From the NCBI GenBank assembly GCA_903820035.1, contig CAIJFT010000286.1, positions 102-64,101 of the forward strand: a stretch of 64,000 nt of DNA. Direction: 5' to 3'. The DNA comes from an uncultured Opitutia bacterium (GTDB taxonomy: Bacteria; Verrucomicrobiota; Verrucomicrobiia; Opitutales; Opitutaceae). The notes under the pieces are model-generated. The model worked only from the letters and a program-made list of their open reading frames with translations, did not search any database and had not been told where the DNA came from. The first letter of the stretch is position 1. Each line of letters starts with the position of its first letter. This document shows positions 44,483 through 51,837 of this stretch, piece after piece. The translations under genes and the position numbers were made by a program.

Positions 44483-46999
44483 ATGGCCCTCCCCGCCCCC
44501 TGTTGGATTCTCGCCGGTCTGTTCCTCGCTTCCGCCGCGCGCCTGTTGGCCGCCGAACCGCTCCTCGACTGGTCCGATTGGGAGAAATACCGCGGGACCG
44601 TGCAGCACCCGAGCGGCGCCTTCAAGGCCGCCGACTTTGAACGGGCCAAGGAAAACATCGTGCGCTACCCGTGGGCGAAGTCCTACGCCGCCGCCATCGA
44701 GCGCAATGCCAAGGCGGCCGCGGCCAAGATCACCCCGGGCTACCTCGCGGCCATGATCCCCGAGACGACGCCCGGCGACAGTAAGTTTACCCCTTGCCCG
44801 GCCTGCCGCGATCAGGGCCAACCCGTCCACCCGCACGGCCTCTGGTCGTGGCGCGAGAGCCGGCCGGAGGAGCTCACCTGCGACATGTGCCGCACGGTTT
44901 TCCCCAACGCGAAGTATCCCGAGTCAGTCGTGCTGCAGACCACTTGGGGTAAACCACAACAGCTGACCTACTGCGGCGGCGAGCCCTTCGTGATCTTTGG
45001 CTACAAGACGGGGCGGCCGAGTTTTTCCGCCAACCTCCGCGCGCGCAAAGTCGGACACCTCTCGTCGCTCGCACGCACCCTCGGGGAAGCCTGGGCGCTC
45101 ACGGGCAACGTCGAGTACGCCCGCGCCGCGCGCGCGATTCTGCTGCGGTTCGCGGCCGTGTATCCGAATTATTTGGTACACGTCGGCTACGGCGAGTTCG
45201 CCGACATGGATCCGCGCGTCGCCGCCCAGGCGATCCAAAGCCTCCCCGCACCGGAACTCTGCCCGCCGCCGAACCGGCCCGACCGCAAACTGCACACGGG
45301 CTACTGGACCGCGGGCCGCGCGAGCGGCGTCGGTCAGGAATCCGGCTTCGTCCGCCACGTGGTCGAAGCGTACGACTTCACCTGCACGGCCCGCGAGGCC
45401 GGCGGTCGGCCGGTCTACTCCGACGCCGACCGCCGGCTCATCGAACGCGACTTGCTGCTCGAAAGCACCCTCCTCCTCGTCTGTGACAAGGGCATCAACA
45501 ACAAGTCCGTCGGCAACCGCACCGCCGCCGCTCTCGTCGGTCTCGCCGTCGGCCATCCCGGGCTCGTCCGCTTCGGCTGGGAAGGCTTCGAGCAGACCGT
45601 CGCCGACTGGTTTCTGCCGGACGGCACGACATCGGAATCACCCGCCTACGCGACAATGACCTTGGGCAACACGTGGGACATGCCGCAGGCTTTGCGCGGT
45701 TATTCGGATCCGGAGAGTTACCGCGACGTCGCGGGCCAACGCCGCACGGCCGTCGACCTGTATCATGGCACCGCGTACGGCAAGGTATGGGAGAACATGT
45801 ACCGCGGACTGCAGGGCAACCTCCTCTATCCGGCGTATGCCGACTCCTACCGCACGTCCGGCCTCGGCAGCAATTTTGTCGAGCTCATGGTCGCGAACTA
45901 CCCGGAACGCCCCGAGTACCTCGCCCTGTTGAAGGAACAAATCGGCCCGGAGCTCGACCATGGCTACGCGCCGCTCGCCCTTTATTACCGCGAGCCCGGT
46001 CTGGAAAAAAAGCCCGCGCCGACGATCACACTGCCCGATTGGGTGTCGGCTGATCTGCGCATCGGCCACCTCCGCTCCGGTCGCGACGGCCGGGAAAGTT
46101 TACTGCTGCTCAGTGCGAGCCATTGGGGCGGGCATCATCATCAGGACAGCCTGAACCTCACGTACTGGAAGCAGGGCGCCGAGGTGCTGTCGGACCTGGG
46201 CTACCTCTGGGATCACCCGCGGAAGCACGAGACTTTGCGCACGCTGGCACACAACACCGTGCTCCTCGACGAACAGGAGCAGCTCACGAAAGAACGCGGC
46301 GGGGACGTGCAATTCTTCCGGGCCACGCCGCACGTCAAGGTGATGCAGGCGTCGTCGCGGGCCTACGCCGCGGCGAAGACCTATCGCCGCACCTCGGCCG
46401 TGGTCGATCATGGCGACGGCAAGACCTACGTCGTGGATTTCTTCCGCGTACAGGGCGGACGCCAACAGGACTACGTTTTCCACGCGTCGGCGCCGACGGT
46501 CGCGGTGACCGAAGCGACGACCACGCCGGCGGCGGCGAAGCTCTATGATTTCACCAACGTCCGCGCCATCACCAGCCACGCCGCCTGGCGCGCCACCTGG
46601 CGCAACAGCGACCAGACCTGCGTCGCGTGGAATTTGCCGCAATCCGGCGAAACGGCGTTCGTTGGCGACGGCTGGGGCCAGCGCGATTGGAAAAATTCCG
46701 ACGTCGGCGCGACCCTTCCGTACCTCGTACGCCGCACCACCGGCGACGGGGAGAAAGTATTTGTCACGGTCTTCGCGAGCCACCCCGGCGACACGGCCTA
46801 CGTGCGCGGCGTGCGCGCAGTCGACGCCGCGGGGATCATTGCGATCGAGACGGTCGACGGGACGGATTTCGTACTCTCGGCGGCGGACACGGGTAACTTG
46901 CGGGCGCCGGGCGCACCTACGCTCACCGGGCGTTTCGGCGTGACCTCCGTACAGCAGGGCAAGCTCGCGTGGAGCTTCGTCGAACCGGAAAAACCCTGA
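44483..46999 (+). CDS. Heparinase II/III-like polysaccharide lyase, secreted
   Basis: Signal peptide; helical N-half; DGTTSESPAY; C-terminal GGHHHQDSLNL...LSDLGY...LAHNTVLLD pattern. Substrate unknown. Confidence 0.8.
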   Translation: MALPAPCWILAGLFLASAARLLAAEPLLDWSDWEKYRGTVQHPSGAFKAADFERAKENIVRYPWAKSYAAAIERNAKAAAAKITPGYLAAMIPETTPGDSKFTPCPACRDQGQPVHPHGLWSWRESRPEELTCDMCRTVFPNAKYPESVVLQTTWGKPQQLTYCGGEPFVIFGYKTGRPSFSANLRARKVGHLSSLARTLGEAWALTGNVEYARAARAILLRFAAVYPNYLVHVGYGEFADMDPRVAAQAIQSLPAPELCPPPNRPDRKLHTGYWTAGRASGVGQESGFVRHVVEAYDFTCTAREAGGRPVYSDADRRLIERDLLLESTLLLVCDKGINNKSVGNRTAAALVGLAVGHPGLVRFGWEGFEQTVADWFLPDGTTSESPAYATMTLGNTWDMPQALRGYSDPESYRDVAGQRRTAVDLYHGTAYGKVWENMYRGLQGNLLYPAYADSYRTSGLGSNFVELMVANYPERPEYLALLKEQIGPELDHGYAPLALYYREPGLEKKPAPTITLPDWVSADLRIGHLRSGRDGRESLLLLSASHWGGHHHQDSLNLTYWKQGAEVLSDLGYLWDHPRKHETLRTLAHNTVLLDEQEQLTKERGGDVQFFRATPHVKVMQASSRAYAAAKTYRRTSAVVDHGDGKTYVVDFFRVQGGRQQDYVFHASAPTVAVTEATTTPAAAKLYDFTNVRAITSHAAWRATWRNSDQTCVAWNLPQSGETAFVGDGWGQRDWKNSDVGATLPYLVRRTTGDGEKVFVTVFASHPGDTAYVRGVRAVDAAGIIAIETVDGTDFVLSAADTGNLRAPGAPTLTGRFGVTSVQQGKLAWSFVEPEKP

Positions 47000-47014
47000 T
47001 GGTCGGCCGTGTCT

Positions 47015-47047
47015 GGTTTTAGCCCGATGTCCCATCGGGCTAAAACC
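47015..47047. terminator. Perfect 15-bp hairpin between convergent genes
   Basis: ggttttagcccgatg-tcc-catcgggctaaaacc. Confidence 0.75.
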
Positions 47048-47094
47048 GCACCCCTTACCGAACAAAGGCCGATGGGGGCAGCGGGCCCCACGGC

Positions 47095-47430
47095 TCACGA
47101 GCCGGGCTTGGGTGCCGTCGACTTCTCCGCGCCGTAGGTCTTCACCAGGTAATCGACGATCGGAGCAATCGCCTCGTCGGGCACGGGCGCAGCGAAGGTC
47201 TTCTGCATCTTTGTGACCGTTGCCTGCCAGTACGCGCGCGCCGACGTCGGCTGCATTTTGAAATAATCCACCGAGTGGCAGGTGTAACACATTCCCGTCG
47301 CCAGCGCGTAGCCGGGCAACGGCGATTCGATCAGCCGCGCCGTCTCGGCCGGCAACTGGATCTCCAAGGCCGTGACGCGCACGACGGCGCCGAGGGCAGC
47401 AACCAACGCGATAAATTCCCCCTTCCTCAT
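47095..47430 (-). CDS. sorB: SorB-like c-type cytochrome subunit of sulfite dehydrogenase
   Basis: ATG 47430 overlapping the sorA stop; signal peptide; IQLPAET...LPGYALATGMCYTCHSVDY (CxxCH)...WQATVTKMQKTFAAP. Confidence 0.85.
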   Translation of the reverse strand: MRKGEFIALVAALGAVVRVTALEIQLPAETARLIESPLPGYALATGMCYTCHSVDYFKMQPTSARAYWQATVTKMQKTFAAPVPDEAIAPIVDYLVKTYGAEKSTAPKPGS

Positions 47431-48653
47431 ACGGCCTCCACGTGGACGGTTTCGACGACGTTGCGGAGATAGCCCGCGGGATTCCACAGCGGCTCGAGCG
47501 GCTGCGATTCGCCGATGCGGTTCAGCGCGCGCGCCATCAACGTGTGCGACCCGCGCTGCGTCGGCGTGAAGGCGATCTTCCACTCGCGAAACGAATATCG
47601 CCCGAGGTCCTCGCCGAGATTCGCCGCGCGCCAGGTACGCCCCCCGTCGCTGGAGAACGCGACCTCCCGGATGCCCTGCCCGCTATCGAAGGCGATGCCG
47701 CGCACGACGGTCTCACGGCCGACCGTGACGGTCGCCTGGTCCGTCAGGCTCGTGATGAACGACCGGATCGTGAACCGCTGGATCGGCTCGGTCTTCTTCG
47801 CCGTCGTGCCGGGCGCCACGCTCCGGCCGGGTGTGTCGGGCGTGCGGTAGGCCGCGCTCATCCAGAAACCGGTGAAGACGCTGTCGAGCACCTCGATGTC
47901 GTCGACATGCTTGACCCAATACGTGCCGTAGTAGCCCGGCACCACCAGCCGCAGCGGGTAGCCGTTCAGCATCGGCAGGTCCTCGCCGTTCATCGCCCAC
48001 GCGAGCATCACTTCGCCGTCGAGCGCGTGGTCGACATCGAGCGCTTTCACGAAGTCCGGCGTGCCCGGCAACGGCGGCTTGTCGAGGCCGTTGAACGCCA
48101 CCTGCCGCGCCTCCTTGGCGAGGCCGGCCTTTTCGAGAATCGTCTTCACGGCCACGCCGGTCCACCGCGCATTGCCCATCGCGCCGTGACCGAGTTGTCC
48201 GCCATTCACGCGCGGCTTGAAGAAACCACGACTGTTGCCCGAGCACTGGTTGACCGCCACGACCTCGACGGGCGGGGCGAGTTTCTTGATGTCGTCGAGC
48301 GAGAGCGTGAGCGGTGTCGCGACCTTCCCGTGGATCTTGAGTCGGAACGCGCCCGGATCAACCGACGTCGGGATGTCGGACAAATGGTACCGCACGAAGA
48401 ACGCATCGTTCGGCGTGAGCAGGCCCTCGTTGAAAACGGCGAACGGCGTCTCGAGCTGCGGCGGCCGCGCGGTCATGCGGATGAGTGGACGCTTCTGCGG
48501 GTACGCCACGAGGTCGCGTTCGCCATTCTCAAACGGCATCAGCACGGTATCCGCGGCGCCGAGGAGGCGCGAGAGCGGACCCCCGAGGGCGGCACCGGTG
48601 GCGAGCATCGCGCTAGTTTGGAGAAAGCGACGGCGGTCAGGGGCGGACTTCAT
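47427..48653 (-). CDS. sorA: SorA-like molybdopterin sulfite dehydrogenase, Tat signal
   Basis: DRRRFLQ; FFVRYH; Mo-ligand QCSGNSR; GAMGNARWTGV; LNGYPLRLVVPGYYGTYWVK. Confidence 0.92.
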   Translation of the reverse strand: MKSAPDRRRFLQTSAMLATGAALGGPLSRLLGAADTVLMPFENGERDLVAYPQKRPLIRMTARPPQLETPFAVFNEGLLTPNDAFFVRYHLSDIPTSVDPGAFRLKIHGKVATPLTLSLDDIKKLAPPVEVVAVNQCSGNSRGFFKPRVNGGQLGHGAMGNARWTGVAVKTILEKAGLAKEARQVAFNGLDKPPLPGTPDFVKALDVDHALDGEVMLAWAMNGEDLPMLNGYPLRLVVPGYYGTYWVKHVDDIEVLDSVFTGFWMSAAYRTPDTPGRSVAPGTTAKKTEPIQRFTIRSFITSLTDQATVTVGRETVVRGIAFDSGQGIREVAFSSDGGRTWRAANLGEDLGRYSFREWKIAFTPTQRGSHTLMARALNRIGESQPLEPLWNPAGYLRNVVETVHVEAV

Positions 48654-48736
48654 CGACGGCCAACGCTGCCGACGATAGCGCGGAGCGCAACGATGTTTGA
48701 GTGGTGGGCGGGACCGTGGTCCGCGTCCGTCCGGTT

Positions 48737-48862
48737 GTAGGCCAGCGCGCTTGCGCGCGCCCCACGGAGCGGCGCTTTCCGAAGCGGCGCTTCACGTAAA
48801 GCCGGCGGTTGGGAAACCGCCGCTCCGACCGGCAATCCGCGCTCGCGAGCGAGCTGACCTAC
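48737..48862. repeat. Nested REP doublets (outer GTAG pair enclosing an inner inverted pair)
   Basis: Outer 48737-48760 vs reverse complement of 48839-48862: 20/24. Inner 48765-48791 vs reverse complement of 48801-48827: 21/27. Confidence 0.85.
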
Positions 48863-48944
48863 GCCACGCCGCGCGGGGCGGTTTCGATTGCCAACGTCCG
48901 CGCTGTAACCACAGGGTTACCTCGCCCCTTCTTATCTTATCTCC

Positions 48945-50321
48945 ATGCAATCGCCCTCCCCTGCCACCCGTCGCACGTTCCTGAAAACCCTCGGCGCCGC
49001 TGGCGTCGCCGCCCCGTTCATCGCCCGCAGCCTCCGCGCCGCGGCACCAAGCGGCGTCCTGCGCCACGTCAGCTTCGGCTCGGCCGGCATGGCCTGGGCC
49101 GACCTGCAGGCGATCACCAGCAATCCATTTGTGAAGCTCGTCGCGGTCGCCGACGTCGATCTCAACCGCACGAAGCAGGTGAAGGAGGCGTTCCCCGATG
49201 TGAAGGTCTATCAGGACTGGCGCCAGTTGCTCGACAAGGAGAAGAACAACTTCGACTCCGCCAACGTTTCCACCCCGGACCACATGCACGCCGCCATTGC
49301 GATGTCCGCGATGCAACTCGGCAAGCACGTCTACTGTCAGAAGCCGCTCGCACACGACATCTACGAGACGCGCATGCTCACCAACTACGCCCGCGAGAAG
49401 AAGCTCGTGACGCAGATGGGCATCCAGATTCATTCTTACAAGGTGTACCGTCAGGCCGTCGCCCTCGTGCAGAGCGGCGTCATCGGCAAGGTCAAGGAAG
49501 TCCACACCTGGAGTAACAAGAAATGGGGCGACCTCGGCGCACCCGTGGTCAAATACGACCCGGTACCGTCGAATCTCGACTGGGATATTTGGCTCGGCGG
49601 CGCGGCGGCGCGGCCGTTTGTCGGCGGCGGTTATTATCACCCGAGCAACTGGCGCAAGCGGCTCGACTTCGGCACCGGCACGTTCGGTGACATGGGCTGC
49701 CACATTTTTGATCCGGTGTTCGAGGCGCTGGCATTGACGTCGCCACTGTCCCTCCGCTCCGAGGGTCCGGCACCGGACCAGTGGAATTGGGCGGTCAACG
49801 CGAAGATTCACTACGTCTTCCCGGGCACGAAATTCACCGAGGACAAAACGGTGCCGATCACCTGGTACGACGGCGACGAGCGTCCGCCGGCGGAGATCCG
49901 CGCGCTGATCGAAACCCCGGCCGCCGAGGCCGCGGCCAAGTCGGGCAAACGCAAAGGCGGCGAAGCCGACAATCAGGGTTCGATCATCATCGGCACGCAG
50001 GGCGTGTTGCACATCCCGCACGTCGCGGCGCCGAAGCTGTTCCCGATCGCCAAGTTTAAGGACTACAAGCTCCCCGAGTGCGAACAGGGGCACCATTGGA
50101 CCGAGTGGGCCGAGGCGTGCATGAAGGGTGGCAAGCCCGGCGCGAACTTCGATTACTCGGGCCCGCTCACCGAAGCGGTGCTGCTCGGCAGCGTCGCGGT
50201 GCGCTTCCCGAAGACGAAGCTCGAGTGGAACGGCGCGAAGCTGCAATTCGACAACGAACGCGGCGCGAACCAGTTCCTCCGCCGCACTTACCGCAAGGGT
50301 TGGGAAGTCGCAGGCTTGTAA
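48945..50321 (+). CDS. Tat-exported Gfo/Idh/MocA oxidoreductase
   Basis: TRRTFLK; NVSTPDHMHA, KHVYCQKPLA, GTFGDMGCH. Confidence 0.93.
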   Translation: MQSPSPATRRTFLKTLGAAGVAAPFIARSLRAAAPSGVLRHVSFGSAGMAWADLQAITSNPFVKLVAVADVDLNRTKQVKEAFPDVKVYQDWRQLLDKEKNNFDSANVSTPDHMHAAIAMSAMQLGKHVYCQKPLAHDIYETRMLTNYAREKKLVTQMGIQIHSYKVYRQAVALVQSGVIGKVKEVHTWSNKKWGDLGAPVVKYDPVPSNLDWDIWLGGAAARPFVGGGYYHPSNWRKRLDFGTGTFGDMGCHIFDPVFEALALTSPLSLRSEGPAPDQWNWAVNAKIHYVFPGTKFTEDKTVPITWYDGDERPPAEIRALIETPAAEAAAKSGKRKGGEADNQGSIIIGTQGVLHIPHVAAPKLFPIAKFKDYKLPECEQGHHWTEWAEACMKGGKPGANFDYSGPLTEAVLLGSVAVRFPKTKLEWNGAKLQFDNERGANQFLRRTYRKGWEVAGL

Positions 50322-50439
50322 GCCCGGAGCTTCAGCGTCGGGCGCGGGTTCAGTCCCGGCCCGACAGCGTCGGCGCGATTCAGCATCGCGTCTTTCTGCT
50401 CGCCGCACCTTCCCTGCCCGCGGCACGCTTCGCCTGAGC

Positions 50440-51657
50440 ATGAAGAACGGACTCCACCCCGGCCAGACCGGAGATCTGCTTTGGGTCGTCGATCCAACGA
50501 TGACAATCACCCTCGGCGGACTCCCGGCCGCGACCGTGTTTTCAACGCCGTTCATGATCATGCTCATGGAACGGGCGGCCCGGGAGGCCCTGCGGCCGTT
50601 TCTCGAGGACAGCGAGGAATCGGTCGGCGTCGAAGTTCAAGTGGAGCACCTGGGGCCCGCCGCCCTCGGCGACACCGTCCGGGGCTTAGCCCGCGTCACC
50701 GCCGTGGACGGACGCCGCGTGCATTTCGCCGTGCAGGCCTTCGCCGGTGACCGCGAAATTGGCCGCGGCACCCATCGTCGGGCCGTCGTGAATCTCAATC
50801 GGATCGTCGAAAACGTGGAAAAACTCTGTGGCGATCAGGGTCGGGCTCTCGCGCTTGAACCCAATCCTGGCAACCTGCCGCCCCTCGAAACGCTGCGCGT
50901 GGCGACCAAGGACCGGGTGACCACGGTGACGTTTCGCCGGCCGGATGCACTCAACGCGGTCAACGTACGGATGACCGGTGAATGGGAACAGGTCATGAGT
51001 TGGCTGGCCGGTCATCCCGAGGAGGTCCGCGTGGCCATCCTGACCGGTGCCGGTAGCGCCTTTTGCGCTGGCGACGACGTGAAGGAACTGGCGTCGCTTT
51101 CGCTCGACGAGGCGCGCCGCCTCAGCCTGCGGCAGGCGAACCTTTGGCTGGCGGCCGAACGGTTGCCGCAGCCCGTCATCGCGGCAGTCAACGGCCCGGC
51201 CCTTGGCGCCGGCTGCGTGGCCGCCTACTCCTGCGATTTCCGCGTCGCCGCGCATGCCGCAACCTTCGGGATGCCCGAAATCAAGCTCGGCTGGCCGCCG
51301 GGTTACGGCGTGGCGCAACTGACCGCGATCGTGGGTAAGGCCCGCGCGTTGGAACTCTGCCTGCTTGGCGAATCCATCCCGGCGACGAAGGCGCTGGAGT
51401 GGGGTCTCGTGCACGAGGTTGTGCCCGGCGCGATGCTGCTCACCCGCGCGCAACACCTTGCCGACCGCCTGCTCGCGTTGCCCGCCGAAGCCCTGCGTGC
51501 CACCAAACGGCTCGTGCATGCGGACGAAGGTCAACTACCCAAGATCACGCATCGCGCCGACACCGAGGCGTACATCCGTTGCCTCGCCCTACCCGATGCG
51601 CAGGAAGGGATCGCCGCTTTCGCCGCGAAACGAAAACCACAGTTCCGCGGAAAGTAG
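50440..51657 (+). CDS. FlK-type hotdog thioesterase fused to crotonase (enoyl-CoA hydratase/isomerase) domain
   Basis: ATG 50440; VFSTPFMIMLME and VEHLGP (FlK Thr/Glu/His pattern); FCAGDD, NGPALGAGC, FGMPEIKLG, DAQEGIAAFAAKRKPQF. Confidence 0.85.
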   Translation: MKNGLHPGQTGDLLWVVDPTMTITLGGLPAATVFSTPFMIMLMERAAREALRPFLEDSEESVGVEVQVEHLGPAALGDTVRGLARVTAVDGRRVHFAVQAFAGDREIGRGTHRRAVVNLNRIVENVEKLCGDQGRALALEPNPGNLPPLETLRVATKDRVTTVTFRRPDALNAVNVRMTGEWEQVMSWLAGHPEEVRVAILTGAGSAFCAGDDVKELASLSLDEARRLSLRQANLWLAAERLPQPVIAAVNGPALGAGCVAAYSCDFRVAAHAATFGMPEIKLGWPPGYGVAQLTAIVGKARALELCLLGESIPATKALEWGLVHEVVPGAMLLTRAQHLADRLLALPAEALRATKRLVHADEGQLPKITHRADTEAYIRCLALPDAQEGIAAFAAKRKPQFRGK

Positions 51658-51670
51658 GCGGAAGTCGCCT

Positions 51671-51822
51671 GTAGTCCTGCGCGTGAGCGCAGGGAATCCG
51701 TCGCCTTCCGCTCATAGTCGACCCGGCCGCCTGGCGGGCGCCCGCCACGGGGCGGGCCTATTTCGGAAAATCCGGACCGCACGTCCGAGCCACATGCGCC
51801 CTGCGCTCACCCGCAGGGCGAC
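51671..51822. repeat. REP family A doublet enclosing a degenerate inner inverted pair
   Basis: 51671-51694 vs reverse complement of 51799-51822: 21/24. Inner units at 51717-51739 and 51740-51761 (ATAG GCCCGCC CCGT GGCGGGC on the minus strand). Confidence 0.8.
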
Positions 51823-51837
51823 GTGCAGCCGGCGCCC

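Noticed and set aside
50128-50439. Upstream extension of the thioesterase-crotonase ORF in the track
   Set aside because: It overlaps the preceding gene and a REP hairpin; the domain begins at ATG 50440.
47442-50567. ORFs 47442-48740 (+) and 48792-50567 (-)
   Set aside because: Antisense shadows of sorA and the Gfo/Idh/MocA gene.
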